DNA from: Candidatus Azobacteroides sp.
Lineage (GTDB): Bacteria; Bacteroidota; Bacteroidia; Bacteroidales; WRGA01
Assembly (NCBI GenBank): GCA_021201815.1
Contig: JAJQEC010000056.1
Location: 5,926-69,925 of the forward strand
Length of the DNA stretch: 64,000 bases
Direction: 5' to 3'
The notes beneath the pieces are model-generated. The model was not told the origin of the DNA and did no database searches. It worked only from the letters and a program-made list of their open reading frames with translations. How positions within the stretch are numbered: position 1 is the stretch's first letter; each line of letters starts with the position of its first letter. Shown in pieces: positions 40,128 to 50,605 of the stretch. Both the position numbers and the translations under genes were made by a program.

Positions 40128-41105
40128 TTAATTTACCCAACGGGGATCATATACTTTTGCTTTTTCACCTTGTTTATAATACATATCTTCTTTTAATGGG
40201 ATCCTGATTTTATAGGATTTACCGGATTTATTTAGTAACGATGTATCTCTCAGCCAAACATTAAAATCTTTTAGTTGAGCATACGTGATTCCGTTTTTCT
40301 GTGCAAAATTGGTCCAGCTATTCACAGAAGAACTGACGGTGACTTCTTTCCATTCAATAGGCTTATACAATTGATGAGGTTTTATAACAAAACCATAGCG
40401 ATAAGGATTTTCAAAAATTTCTTTTATTGCCAGGATCCGGAAAAAATATCGGGATGTTTCTTCTACTAATAATAAATCCAATGCTGTGGATACATTTTGT
40501 TTATTTAATTCAGAGGAAATTCTACCCATACCACCATTGTAAGAAGCTGCAACAGATGCCCAGTCTCCATATCTGGCATAGGCATCCTTAAGATATTTAC
40601 AAGCTGCCACTGTCGCTTTTTCAATATGATACCTTTCATCTACTTCTGTGGAAATTTCCAACCCGTATTGTTTTCCGGTTGTTTGCATGAATTGCCATAA
40701 TCCGGCTGCTTTTGCAGAAGAAATAGCTCGTTCATTAAGTCCGCTTTCAATTGTCATTAAATATTTAAAATCCTCGGGAATACCATTTTGTTTGAGGATA
40801 GGAACGACGATAGGAAATATCCTGTTGGCCCTTTTAAAATAAAGTAATGTTGTAGAATGAAGATAAGTAAAAGAGGTCAGTTCTCTGTCTAACCTTTCAT
40901 ACATATCATATCTGCTCATGTCAAATTCCTGGTCTGCAAATTGTAATTTCAGAGGCACTTCCGGAGAGTTTGTCAATGATAACATTCCGGAACGTTGTTG
41001 CTCTGCTTCTTGAGCACTGTTACTACTGGCTGTCCATAGTAATGCTCCTGTTAATAATCCAACTAAAGTAAATGTCGGAATTATATATTTATAAATTTTC
41101 TTCAT
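40128..41105 (-). CDS. lytic murein transglycosylase (SLT domain, MltD-like)
   Basis: SLT block TIESGLNERAISSAKAAGLWQFMQTTG and a signal/anchor sequence. Length 325 aa. Confidence 0.8.
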   Translation of the reverse strand: MKKIYKYIIPTFTLVGLLTGALLWTASSNSAQEAEQQRSGMLSLTNSPEVPLKLQFADQEFDMSRYDMYERLDRELTSFTYLHSTTLLYFKRANRIFPIVVPILKQNGIPEDFKYLMTIESGLNERAISSAKAAGLWQFMQTTGKQYGLEISTEVDERYHIEKATVAACKYLKDAYARYGDWASVAASYNGGMGRISSELNKQNVSTALDLLLVEETSRYFFRILAIKEIFENPYRYGFVIKPHQLYKPIEWKEVTVSSSVNSWTNFAQKNGITYAQLKDFNVWLRDTSLLNKSGKSYKIRIPLKEDMYYKQGEKAKVYDPRWVN

Positions 41106-41116
41106 TGTTTGTTATG

Positions 41117-42481
41117 TTATTCTTCAGAAAAACGTTTATCGTAAATTAAGTTGATATCACCTTTTAACTTATGAGGCATGCCATCGGTACCTTTTGCTTC
41201 TATTACATAAAAATATACACCGGGGGGAACTAACTTTCCGTCTTTTTTACCATCCCATCCTTCAGCAGGATCCGTAAACTGATAAATCTGATTTCCCCAA
41301 CGGTTAAATATGGTACACTTAAATTCGGCAATTGATTTATATACTACTTTAAATTCATCATTTACTCCTGAAGAAGAATTAGGGGAAAAATAATTAGGTG
41401 CATCAATAAAAGACTCCGAGGTAGTAATAATAAATGGTTCACCCGGGGCTGTCACAGAACATTCATTTCTATAATCACTCGCTACCATTCTGACATACGT
41501 TGTTCCACTTTGATTGAATGTGTAAGTTAATTCCTGATCCGGATAAGAAGCCAAGAGTACAGAAAAATCTTCTCTGGCTGAAAATTCCCAGGAGAAATGT
41601 CTGGCTGCTTCCGTAGCATAACAAATAAAATTTATTACAATAGGAGCAGATCCCGTATATTTACCGCTTTCATCAATTCCAGGCGGATCTTTTTCATTCT
41701 GATTATCCCTGTCTACTATTTCTGCTTCCACCTGTATTTCTATTGCTTTTGTTTCATACTTTTCCGAAATAAAAGGCATGGGAGCCGCATTAAGGAATTC
41801 TGCAAATTCATCATTTTCAGCTATTTCAAAGGTTGTATCCATTAATGGTGCCCGTACACGGATTTCAGACAAGATATCTATATCCAGATCACTGAATTCA
41901 ACCGAATTAAGAATTTCTTTGTATTCTTTATCAGTCCGGTTCCATTGCATTGTATTGTAAGTAATTGTATAGGACCTTGGAATACTGGCTTTATTTCCAT
42001 TAGGAAAAGTGTAATAAGTTATTTCCGGTACATTTCCGGTTAATTGTAAGTATACATACTCACATGCATTATCTTTTTCTATTACGTCCAAACCATCAAA
42101 GTCAACGGAATAAGTGTTATAATTAATTACCCATATGGCATATTCTTCATTACCATCAGTAACAATGTAACCTTTATTATACGATATATTGGTAATATAA
42201 GAAACAGAATCATTTTCTTTTGTACTACTTACCGCTATCCTTTCCGCAGGGTTCTCTTCATAACTATACCAGTTAATGACAGAGTTTTCATTCGGAGAGG
42301 TATAGGATATTCTGGGCGTAACAGCATTATAAAACATAAACACGCTATTAAGTCCGGAGCCGGTAGGGGGTGTCTGTTCATATACTCCTGAAGGATTTGC
42401 AGTGGTAGCAGTAAAGACTTGTGCCTGAATATTAAATGAAAAAAATAAGAATATAAAGAGTAAACTAAAAGCTTTGCTCAT
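41117..42481 (-). CDS. T9SS type B sorting domain (gliding-motility C-terminal domain) protein
   Basis: Signal peptide plus the C-terminus NYFSPNSSSGVNDEFKVVY...FNRWGNQIYQF...GWDGKKDGKLVPPGVYFYVIEAKGTDG. Confidence 0.8.
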   Translation of the reverse strand: MSKAFSLLFIFLFFSFNIQAQVFTATTANPSGVYEQTPPTGSGLNSVFMFYNAVTPRISYTSPNENSVINWYSYEENPAERIAVSSTKENDSVSYITNISYNKGYIVTDGNEEYAIWVINYNTYSVDFDGLDVIEKDNACEYVYLQLTGNVPEITYYTFPNGNKASIPRSYTITYNTMQWNRTDKEYKEILNSVEFSDLDIDILSEIRVRAPLMDTTFEIAENDEFAEFLNAAPMPFISEKYETKAIEIQVEAEIVDRDNQNEKDPPGIDESGKYTGSAPIVINFICYATEAARHFSWEFSAREDFSVLLASYPDQELTYTFNQSGTTYVRMVASDYRNECSVTAPGEPFIITTSESFIDAPNYFSPNSSSGVNDEFKVVYKSIAEFKCTIFNRWGNQIYQFTDPAEGWDGKKDGKLVPPGVYFYVIEAKGTDGMPHKLKGDINLIYDKRFSEE

Positions 42482-42704
42482 GAGTTTTTATTTTCTAAAC
42501 GAATATTATACAAAGGTAGTATTTTTATTTGGAAAAAATTTAGTTCATGGAATATGCTTCTTATAAAAACTGTTATAAAAACTCTTTTCTTTGGCTGATT
42601 TATATATATATTAACAATAATAAAGAGTGGAAGGGGAGTATTAATTTATTTTTGTAGTTATTTTTGTCCTGTCAAAATTTGAGAAGATAAACTTATTAAA
42701 ACGT

Positions 42705-43280
42705 ATGATGATGAAAACTTTTACTAAACTCTCAATTCTGGTTTTATTTTTCCAGCTTTTTATTTCCTGTAGTAAAGATAAAGATGATTATCTTATATAT
42801 AACGATATAAATAAGTTAACTGGCTTTTATGAAGAAGGAACCAGAACTATTCTTATTAAGGGAGATATAATTCCAGAAGAAAATAACAAGCCATACAAAG
42901 TGTATATTACCAATGGGAATACAAAAAATCAGCTTAAAGCTAATTTAAATTTTCCTCAACCGGAAGATGTGCTGGATCATGAGTTAATATTCTCAGGATT
43001 TAAAGTAAAAGGAAATAGTTCCAGTGTGGAATTCAGTATTAATACTACTTTATCACGTTCCAGTTTGAAAGGTGACCAGATTCCTCAATTTATCATAGAT
43101 TATTTTCAATTTCCGGTCGTTGAGATAAGAGACCTCTATATAACATATGGTGTTGGAAAATATGACCCATTAAGAGAAGAAATTACTTTTGAGGGAACAG
43201 GTTCCTTTATTCCTTATTTTGAAGATGGTTCTCATATAACTCCGGCAACATCTATCACTATTGTATATACTATAAAATAA
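42705..43280 (+). CDS. hypothetical lipoprotein
   Basis: Lipobox LFISCSKD. Length 191 aa. No family recognised. Confidence 0.6.
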   Translation: MMMKTFTKLSILVLFFQLFISCSKDKDDYLIYNDINKLTGFYEEGTRTILIKGDIIPEENNKPYKVYITNGNTKNQLKANLNFPQPEDVLDHELIFSGFKVKGNSSSVEFSINTTLSRSSLKGDQIPQFIIDYFQFPVVEIRDLYITYGVGKYDPLREEITFEGTGSFIPYFEDGSHITPATSITIVYTIK

Positions 43281-43302
43281 ATAAAATTCTTTTCAAGATC
43301 CT

Positions 43303-43342
43303 AAAAACGAATATTCATCAACAGAATATTCGTTTTTTATTT
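43303..43342 (+). terminator. rho-independent terminator
   Basis: Perfect 14-bp stem aaaaacgaatattc (43303-43316) / gaatattcgttttt (43324-43337), running into a T tract. Confidence 0.75.
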
Positions 43343-43757
43343 TCCTTTTTTAGAAAAGAAGTATATATAAAGGAAGGGATTTCAATGGAGTATATAAAAG
43401 TTTAAGGATTTATAATTAAACATAATAGTAATTATAAGTGGTTTTTATAAATAATAATGCAGTATTTGATTGCAAGACAATTTAATGGTATGCAGCTAAG
43501 GTAATATCATCCCGGATGATGATATTATTTTTATTTTTTATCTGGAAAAATTTATATCCATCTTTAGTATAAGTTCAAGAATATTTTTCCTGTATAAAAG
43601 TTTTTGTTATTTCAGATTTTGTTTACATTTGCTTTCTGTTTTTCAGGAAAAAAATAACCAAGTAATTCTGTTGATAAGATTCTATCTTTACTTTTTGGAA
43701 GTATTTGTTTTATAAAGGTTTATCTTTTCAATAGCATTAAAATTAAAATAGCTGAAT

Positions 43758-44888
43758 ATGAAATTTGTTGTCTCAAGTACTGCTTTATTAAGCCATTTGC
43801 AAGCTATCAGCAAAGTCATCAACTCTAAGAATACAATTCCTATTTTGGATAGCTTTTTATTCGAATTGGATAATAATTCATTGAAAATGACAGCTTCTGA
43901 TGGGGAAACAACCCTTATTACTTCCATGGAAGTTTCGGATGTAGAGGGAAGTGGTAAATTTGCAGTATCAGCCAAGTTACTTCTGGATCCTTTGAAAGAA
44001 TTTCCGGAACAACCTCTGAAGTTTGATATCAATGATGAAAATATTGATATATTTATTTATTTCCAGAATGGAAAATGTAATTTCATTGGTCAAAAGGGGG
44101 AAGAATATCCACAAATGCCTGAAATTAAAGAGGGTCTTCAAACTCTGACAATGCCTGTCGATCACTTACTGGACGGATTGAACCGGACTTTCTTCGCTAC
44201 AGGAGATGATGAGTTACGTCCTATTATGAATGGGATATATCTTGATATTACTCCTGAGGATGTGACTTTTGTTGCAACTAACGGACATAAATTAGTCCGA
44301 TATAAAATGCTGGACTTAACAGGTAATGAGACTTCTTCTTTTATTTTACCTAAAAAACCAGCTACTTTATTAAGAAACATTCTTCCAAAAGAATCCGGGG
44401 ATGCTAAAATCGAATTTGACGACAAAAATGCCATGGTTACCATTGATAACTATAAGATGATTTGTCGGTTAATTGAAGGTAAATTTCCTAATTACAATTC
44501 GGTCATTCCAACGAACAATCCTTTTCTTATTACCGTAGACCGGGTGAATTTTATGGCAGCTATGAAACGTGTTTCCGTTTTTGCTAATCAGGGGACCTGC
44601 CTTGTAAAACTTGCTATTAGTGAAAATAATATTATTTTAACAGCTCAGGATATCGATTTTTCAACTTCTGCCGAAGAAGTTATTGCCTGTCAATATAGTG
44701 GAGAGGATTTCTCTATAGGTTTTAAAGCGGATTTCTTTATTGATTTGTTAAATAATCTTCCGGCTTCGGACATTGTTATAGGACTGTCGGATCCTTCTCG
44801 TGCAGGAACTGTGATACCGTTGGAGAATGAAGAAAATGAAGACTTATTGATGTTACTGATGCCAATGATGCTTAATGATGATATTTAA
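43758..44888 (+). CDS. dnaN: DNA polymerase III subunit beta (sliding clamp)
   Basis: N-terminus MKFVVSSTALLSHLQAISKVINSKNTIPILDSFLFEL. Three-domain length of 376 aa. C-terminus LLMPMML. Confidence 0.92.
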   Translation: MKFVVSSTALLSHLQAISKVINSKNTIPILDSFLFELDNNSLKMTASDGETTLITSMEVSDVEGSGKFAVSAKLLLDPLKEFPEQPLKFDINDENIDIFIYFQNGKCNFIGQKGEEYPQMPEIKEGLQTLTMPVDHLLDGLNRTFFATGDDELRPIMNGIYLDITPEDVTFVATNGHKLVRYKMLDLTGNETSSFILPKKPATLLRNILPKESGDAKIEFDDKNAMVTIDNYKMICRLIEGKFPNYNSVIPTNNPFLITVDRVNFMAAMKRVSVFANQGTCLVKLAISENNIILTAQDIDFSTSAEEVIACQYSGEDFSIGFKADFFIDLLNNLPASDIVIGLSDPSRAGTVIPLENEENEDLLMLLMPMMLNDDI

Positions 44889-44981
44889 TTACATATTTTA
44901 TCGATATAATGTGAATGCCGGAGTAATCTGTTCCGGTATTTTTTATATTTTTACCTCAATTTTAATTTTTACCCATTTGTT

Positions 44982-45752
44982 ATGGAACTGAACCTTAAAA
45001 ATCCTTTGATTTTCTTCGATCTGGAAACAACCGGCATGAATATTGCCAAAGATCGGATTGTAGAACTTTCTTATCTGAAAGTATATCCGAACGGTAAAGA
45101 AGAATGTAAAACGCTTCGTATTAATCCGGAAATACCCATTCCTGCTTTTGCTACAGCAATCCATGGTATTTCAGACGAAGATGTGGCGGATGCTCCTACT
45201 TTTAAATCCATTGCAAAAAACCTTGCAAAGGAATTTGAAGGTTGTGACCTGGCAGGCTATAACTCTAATCGTTTTGATATTCCTTTACTGGCAGAGGAGT
45301 TTTTACGTGCGGATATTGATCTTGATATGCGTAAGCGTAAATTTATTGATGTTCAGACAATATTTCATAAAATGGAGCAACGTACTTTATCTGCTGCTTA
45401 TAAGTTTTATTGTAGTAAAGAACTGGAAGATGCACATACTGCGGAAGCAGATACGAAAGCCACTTATGAAGTTCTCAAATCACAATTGGACCGTTACTCG
45501 GGTTTACAGAATGATGTGGCATTTCTGGCAAATTATTCTACTTTTACTAAAAATATGGATTTTGCAGGTCGTATTGTATATAATGAAAAGGAAAAAGAAG
45601 TATTTAACTTTGGTAAATATAAGAATCGTCCTGTAGCAGAAGTTTTGAAAGAAGATCCGGGTTATTATGGCTGGATTATGCAGGGAGATTTTACCTTGGA
45701 TACAAAAAAAGTACTTACAAATATTAAGCTAAGAGAATTTAATAAAAAATAA
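44982..45752 (+). CDS. 3'-5' exonuclease, DnaQ/DEDDh family
   Basis: ExoI motif FFDLETTG, ExoII-like GYNSNRFDIPLL, and ExoIII HTAEADT. Confidence 0.85.
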   Translation: MELNLKNPLIFFDLETTGMNIAKDRIVELSYLKVYPNGKEECKTLRINPEIPIPAFATAIHGISDEDVADAPTFKSIAKNLAKEFEGCDLAGYNSNRFDIPLLAEEFLRADIDLDMRKRKFIDVQTIFHKMEQRTLSAAYKFYCSKELEDAHTAEADTKATYEVLKSQLDRYSGLQNDVAFLANYSTFTKNMDFAGRIVYNEKEKEVFNFGKYKNRPVAEVLKEDPGYYGWIMQGDFTLDTKKVLTNIKLREFNKK

Positions 45753-45755
45753 CGG

Positions 45756-46958
45756 ATGTCTTTAGCTGGAAAAAAAATTGTTTTGGGGGTAACCGGTAGT
45801 ATTGCCGCTTATAAAGCGGCTTATCTGGTACGAAGTCTGATAAAGGAAGGAGCAGAAGTACAGGTATTGATAACAGCAATAGGAAAACAATTTATAACAC
45901 CTGTAACATTATCAGCCTTAAGTGGAAAACCGGTATTAAGTAAGTTTTTCAAGGATGAAAGCGGAATGTGGAATAGCCATGTAGACCTTGGTTTATGGGG
46001 AGATGCCATGCTAATTGCCCCTGCTTCTGCCAACACCATTGCAAAAATGGCAAACGGTATTTGTGATAATTATTTACTCACTGCTTATCTTTCTTGCCGT
46101 TGTCCGGTTTTTGTAGCACCTGCTATGGACTTTGATATGTTTTTGCATCCGGCTACCCAAAAGAATCTGGAAACATTAAAATCTTATGGAAATATAATTA
46201 TTGAGCCAGCCAGCGGTGAACTTGCTAGTGGTCTTCAGGGAAAAGGACGAATGGAGGAACCGGATAAGATCACTTCCCTCCTCTCCCACTTTTTTACAAA
46301 GCAACAGGATTTAAATAAAAAAAAAATCCTGATAACAGCAGGTCCGACATTTGAAAAAATAGATCCGGTTCGTTTTATCGGTAATTATTCTTCCGGAAAA
46401 ATGGGGTATGCTATTGCAGAAGAATGTGCAATACGTGGTGCCCAGGTTACTTTGATTTCAGGACCGGTAAGTATAAAAACTACCCATCCCGATATAAAGA
46501 TAATATCTGTAGAAAGTGCGAATGAAATGTACGAATGTGCATTAAAATATTTTCCGGATAATGATATCGCAATTTTAAGTGCAGCAGTGGCGGATTATAA
46601 ACCGGCTTTAATGGCTTCCCATAAAATTAAAAGGGAGACAGATAATCTGGAACTACTGTTGGAATCTACAGTAGATATCGCTGCTAATTTAGGTAAATTA
46701 AAAAGGAATAATCAGCTTCTGGTCGGATTTGCACTGGAAACAGATAAAGAAATTGAAAATGCAGATAGAAAGCTGAATAAGAAAAATCTTGATTTTATTG
46801 TAATGAATTCTCTCCGGAATGAGGGTGCCGGTTTTCAGGTAGATACAAATCAGATTACTATCTTAAACAAAACAGGAGAAAAGAAAGAATTCTCTTTGAA
46901 AAGCAAAAAAGAAGTAGCAAAAGATATTATTGATTATTTGGTAAATAAGTATTTATAG
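45756..46958 (+). CDS. coaBC: bifunctional phosphopantothenoylcysteine decarboxylase / phosphopantothenate-cysteine ligase
   Basis: Flavoprotein N-terminus VLGVTGSIAAYKA, CoaB block ITAGPTFEKIDPVRFIGNYSSGKMG, and AAVADY. Confidence 0.92.
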   Translation: MSLAGKKIVLGVTGSIAAYKAAYLVRSLIKEGAEVQVLITAIGKQFITPVTLSALSGKPVLSKFFKDESGMWNSHVDLGLWGDAMLIAPASANTIAKMANGICDNYLLTAYLSCRCPVFVAPAMDFDMFLHPATQKNLETLKSYGNIIIEPASGELASGLQGKGRMEEPDKITSLLSHFFTKQQDLNKKKILITAGPTFEKIDPVRFIGNYSSGKMGYAIAEECAIRGAQVTLISGPVSIKTTHPDIKIISVESANEMYECALKYFPDNDIAILSAAVADYKPALMASHKIKRETDNLELLLESTVDIAANLGKLKRNNQLLVGFALETDKEIENADRKLNKKNLDFIVMNSLRNEGAGFQVDTNQITILNKTGEKKEFSLKSKKEVAKDIIDYLVNKYL

Positions 46959-47023
46959 GAATTCGACTTTATTGTGGTTTTGATTTAATCCTCCTTATAT
47001 TTTTATACAGAAGAATATTTTTT

Positions 47024-47947
47024 ATGAGGCATTTAAAAGAAAAAATATTAAATAAAGAATCCGGAATTATTCTTTATGGCTTAACTCCTCCGAAAATTTG
47101 TAGTGAAGAAGAAAAAAATCATCAGATTGCCACAAAGCAGATAGAAAGGCTTACTGGTAGTCCTATTGATGGATTGATTTTATATGATTTGCAGGATGAA
47201 TCAGCAAGGAATAATTCTTCAAGGCCTTTTCCTTTTATACCTACCCTGGCTCCGGAAATTTACAGCAATAATTATTTATCAGCATTAGATGTTCCCAAAA
47301 TTATTTATAAAAGTGTAAGTAAATTTACTCCTGAGGGTTTTGAGGATTGGATTCGGAAAAATGATGATGAATATATTGTCTTTGTGGGGGCTCCTTCGGG
47401 AAATTATACATCAGGAATATCTCTGAAACAAGCTTATGAAATAAGTAAAAAATACCATAATTCTTTTGTTTTAGGAGGAGTAACCATCCCGGAAAGACAT
47501 TCTGTAAAAAAGAATGAACATATTCGTGTCTGTGGTAAAATAGAATCCGGTTGCCACTTTTTTATTTCTCAATGTGTTTATGATGTAAATGGTACAAAGA
47601 ACTTTTTATCGGATTATTACTACAATTCTATCAATAATAATAAGGAACTTGTTCCGATTATTTTTTCGCTTACACCTTGTGGATCACGTAAAACACTGGA
47701 ATTTATGAAATGGTTGGGAATTCAGATTCCGGATTGGCTGGAGAATGATTTAAGTCATTCAAACAATATTCTTTCAAGTTCTTTGAAAGCATGTAAAAAT
47801 ATTGCAACAGAATTAATTGAATACTGTTCGGAAAAAAATATACCTATCGGATTTAATATTGAAAGTATAGCGATACGCAAAGAAGAAATTGATGCCTCTA
47901 TTGAGCTTTTGCATTGGTTCCAGTCAGTAAGAAATGAATTTAAGTAA
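47024..47947 (+). CDS. MetF/MTHFR-like TIM-barrel protein (putative)
   Basis: The pattern LGGVTIPERH...GCHFFISQCVYD...PIIFSLTPCGSRKTLEFMKWLGIQIPDWL parallels methylenetetrahydrofolate reductase family blocks. The assignment is by eye only. Confidence 0.5.
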   Translation: MRHLKEKILNKESGIILYGLTPPKICSEEEKNHQIATKQIERLTGSPIDGLILYDLQDESARNNSSRPFPFIPTLAPEIYSNNYLSALDVPKIIYKSVSKFTPEGFEDWIRKNDDEYIVFVGAPSGNYTSGISLKQAYEISKKYHNSFVLGGVTIPERHSVKKNEHIRVCGKIESGCHFFISQCVYDVNGTKNFLSDYYYNSINNNKELVPIIFSLTPCGSRKTLEFMKWLGIQIPDWLENDLSHSNNILSSSLKACKNIATELIEYCSEKNIPIGFNIESIAIRKEEIDASIELLHWFQSVRNEFK

Positions 47948-47985
47948 AGGTATATATTTTTAATTTGAGTTCTGTAAAACAAAAA

Positions 47986-48030
47986 AATAGGATGTCACAT
48001 GCTTTAGGCTTTGGAGACATCCTATTTTAT
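47986..48030. terminator. bidirectional terminator between convergent genes
   Basis: Stem aataggatgtc (47986-47996) / gacatcctatt (48016-48026), with an A tract before and a T tract after. Confidence 0.7.
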
Positions 48031-48044
48031 ATATTATAATACTA

Positions 48045-48881
48045 TTAGAAGCTAAAATTATCCGGATCAGCACCGAATCTGAATCCCTGATTGAGCTTAT
48101 TGATAATTTGCATATCTTCAGCACTTAATTCAAAATCAAAAATTTCAGTGTTACTTTTGATTCTTTCAGGATTGGATGATTTTGGTAAAGTAATTACATT
48201 ATTTTGTAAATCCCAGCGTAATACTACCTGTACGGCACTTTTCCCATACCTGGCACCTATATCATTAAGAATCTTTACTTCCATAATGTGTCCTTGCATC
48301 AAAGGAGACCAGGCTTCCGGATGAATATCGTTCTTCATGCAGAATTCTATTAATTTCGGTTGGGTAAGATAGGGATGGTACTCAATCTGATTTACCATAG
48401 GTTTCACAGTACAGTGGCCTAATAAATCTTCCAGATGGTGCTGTAAAAAATTACTTACACCAATTGCTTTTACTTTTCCCGACTTGTATATTTCTTCAAG
48501 TGCGCGCCATGAATCAAGATATTTCCCTTTTACCGGCCAATGGATAAGATAAAGATCAATATACTCTGTTCCTAACGCTTGCAGGCTTTTTTCAAAAGCT
48601 GTGAATGCACTTTCGTATCCCTGATCACTATTCCATAGTTTTGTTGTTACAAATATTTCTTCTCTGGGAATATTACTTTCCCGGATTGCTTTTCCTACTC
48701 CTGCTTCATTACGGTATACGGCTGCTGTATCAATACTTCGGTATCCTGATTCCAAAGCTGCTTTTACCGCATCTTCTACCTCGGTTCCTTCCTGCATTTT
48801 AAAAACACCTAAACCAAAATAAGGCATTTTTACTCCATTATGCAGGATTACCTGTCCTTGTAAATCTGTAATTTTCATCAT
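48045..48881 (-). CDS. aldo/keto reductase (2,5-diketo-D-gluconate reductase-like)
   Basis: Motifs GYRSIDTAAVYRNE, LYLIHWP and KAIGVSNF. Length 278 aa. Confidence 0.88.
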   Translation of the reverse strand: MMKITDLQGQVILHNGVKMPYFGLGVFKMQEGTEVEDAVKAALESGYRSIDTAAVYRNEAGVGKAIRESNIPREEIFVTTKLWNSDQGYESAFTAFEKSLQALGTEYIDLYLIHWPVKGKYLDSWRALEEIYKSGKVKAIGVSNFLQHHLEDLLGHCTVKPMVNQIEYHPYLTQPKLIEFCMKNDIHPEAWSPLMQGHIMEVKILNDIGARYGKSAVQVVLRWDLQNNVITLPKSSNPERIKSNTEIFDFELSAEDMQIINKLNQGFRFGADPDNFSF

Positions 48882-48905
48882 TTATAAATCTTATAATGAT
48901 AAAAA

Positions 48906-49481
48906 TTAATACCGTTCTCCTGCTACATCCCAATTAATTAACTTCCATACTTCTGCTACATGGTCTGCCCTACGATTGCGATAATCGATATAATAAGCGT
49001 GTTCCCATACATCAAAAGTAAAGATAGGAGTATACCCTTTCGTCAATGGGTTACCGGCATTACTTTCCTTTACGATCGATAATTTTCCTTCATTGTCTTT
49101 TACGAGCCATGCCCAACCTGAACCGAACAAGGTAGTTGATGCTTCGTTAAATTCTTTCTTAAAATTATCAAATGAGCCGAAGGTTGTATTTATTGCTTCT
49201 GCTAATTTTCCCTGAGGAGTATTGGAACCACCCGGTAAAAAAGTATCAAAATAAAAATTATGATTCCATACCTGTGCGGCATTATTAAATATTCCACCAT
49301 CCGATTCTTTTATAATTGTTTCCAGATCGGAATTTTCAAACTTAGTACCTACGATAAGTTTATTCAAATTGGAAACATACGTGGCTAAATGTTTGTCATG
49401 GTGATACTCAATAGTTTCTTTACTTATTACTGGTTCCAGTGCATTTGAAGCATAAGGAAGGGGTTTTAATTCGAATGTCAT
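48906..49481 (-). CDS. sodB: Fe/Mn superoxide dismutase
   Basis: Motifs YHHDKHLATYV and DVWEHAYYIDYRNRR. Length 191 aa. Confidence 0.92.
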   Translation of the reverse strand: MTFELKPLPYASNALEPVISKETIEYHHDKHLATYVSNLNKLIVGTKFENSDLETIIKESDGGIFNNAAQVWNHNFYFDTFLPGGSNTPQGKLAEAINTTFGSFDNFKKEFNEASTTLFGSGWAWLVKDNEGKLSIVKESNAGNPLTKGYTPIFTFDVWEHAYYIDYRNRRADHVAEVWKLINWDVAGERY

Positions 49482-49716
49482 AATTATTATAATTTTAAAT
49501 TAATACTAAAATTCCTCTGTCAAAGATATAACATTTTAACAAACGTAATTTGTCCTTGTAACAATTATAACAGTTCTTTAAGTTATTGGTTAAAACCTTA
49601 ATTTTTTTTAACCAACATACACGCAAAAAAATAACATAATATACACAATAAATAAAAAAAGGAATTATCTTTGTAAAATATTTTAGGATTATTATATACT
49701 CAAAGAAGCAAATAGC

Positions 49717-50019
49717 ATGAAACATATTATACTTACTATATTTTTTGTATTCACCATGATGGGGGTTGCGTTTTCTCAGGAGGGAATGCAGAAAGCATCC
49801 TTAGATACCGACCAACCTGCGGTTTCAATATCAGATACTAACCGTCTGTATGTATATAACGTGAAACCGGGAGATTTATTGCAACTATATAGTATCGTGG
49901 GAGTTAAGGTGCTGGAGGTAAAGATGGATTCTTCTTCTAAGGAGATATCCTTAAATGTACCTAAAGGCTATTATGTAGTCAAAGTTTCCAGCTTAGTTAA
50001 AAAAATTGCAGTTAAATAA
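49717..50019 (+). CDS. mini-protein: signal peptide + T9SS type A C-terminal sorting domain only
   Basis: Signal peptide ILTIFFVFTMMGVAFSQ. The C-terminal roughly 65 aa (LYVYNVKPGDLLQLYSIVGVKVLEVKMDSSSKEISLNVPKGYYVVKVSSLVKKIAVK) fit the Por_Secre_tail pattern. Only about 20 residues lie in between. Confidence 0.65.
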   Translation: MKHIILTIFFVFTMMGVAFSQEGMQKASLDTDQPAVSISDTNRLYVYNVKPGDLLQLYSIVGVKVLEVKMDSSSKEISLNVPKGYYVVKVSSLVKKIAVK

Positions 50020-50040
50020 GAAAAATAACTGAACTTTTAA

Positions 50041-50076
50041 AAGGGACTGTCTGAATAAGGCAATCCCTTTTTTATT
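50041..50076 (+). terminator. rho-independent terminator
   Basis: Stem aaggga (50041-50046) / tccctt (50065-50070), followed by a T tract. Confidence 0.6.
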
Positions 50077-50116
50077 TCATATTAAGTAGATAAATATAGA
50101 TTTATAAATTATAGGA

Positions 50117-50605
50117 ATGAATATAAACGACTTTTACACCAGTGAACCCATAAGAAGAAAAGACAGGGTGCTAGAAGAACAAGAAACAGGCAATTTAGTT
50201 GAAACCGGTGAATATGGAATTTTATCTACTATCTCTTCTTCAGGCCAGCCTTATGGAGTTCCATTATCTTATGTATATGCAGAAGGTGTGTTATATTTTC
50301 ATTGCGCGACAGAAGGTGAAAAACTCGAAAACATTCGGTATGAACCGAATGTATCTTTTGTAATTGTAGGAAAAACAGAAGTATTGGAAAAAAGCTTTAC
50401 TACAAAGTATGAAAGTGTAATTGTTTTTGGAATGGCTTCTATTGTTGAAGAGGAAGAAGAGAAAATAAATGCCTTAATGCTTTTAAGTAAAAAATATTGC
50501 AGTCCGGCTATGGAGGTTGCGCCTTTGTATATCCGGAAGTCTCTGGACCGCACTTGTATCGTAAAAATAAAAATTGAAAAAATAACCGGTAAATCTAAAA
50601 AATAA
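50117..50605 (+). CDS. pyridoxamine 5'-phosphate oxidase family (flavin-binding split-barrel) protein
   Basis: The blocks GEYGILSTISSSGQPYGVPLSYVY..GVLYFHCATEGEKLENI fit the Pyridox_ox_2-type pattern. Confidence 0.75.
   Translation: MNINDFYTSEPIRRKDRVLEEQETGNLVETGEYGILSTISSSGQPYGVPLSYVYAEGVLYFHCATEGEKLENIRYEPNVSFVIVGKTEVLEKSFTTKYESVIVFGMASIVEEEEEKINALMLLSKKYCSPAMEVAPLYIRKSLDRTCIVKIKIEKITGKSKK

Noticed and set aside
42566-42590. 12-bp tandem duplication TTATAAAAACTG / TTATAAAAACTC
   Set aside because: There are only two copies in AT-rich intergenic DNA, and the significance is too low to interpret.
43281-43757. Possible oriC upstream of dnaN
   Set aside because: I found no cluster of DnaA boxes (TTATCCACA or its complement), and dnaA is not adjacent. 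The region contains only a terminator, one TAnnTTTG element (43624-43631) and a short odd palindrome CATCC-C-GGATG near 43510.
45148-45636. 162-aa alternative-frame ORF within the DnaQ-like exonuclease gene
   Set aside because: It is on the same strand but off-frame from a gene with clear Exo I-III motifs. The sequence is implausible (W/L/I-rich).
49495-49725. 76-aa minus-strand ORF between sodB and the CTD mini-protein gene
   Set aside because: It spans the AT-rich divergent promoter region, has extreme Ile/Tyr/Lys/Phe composition and shows no motif.
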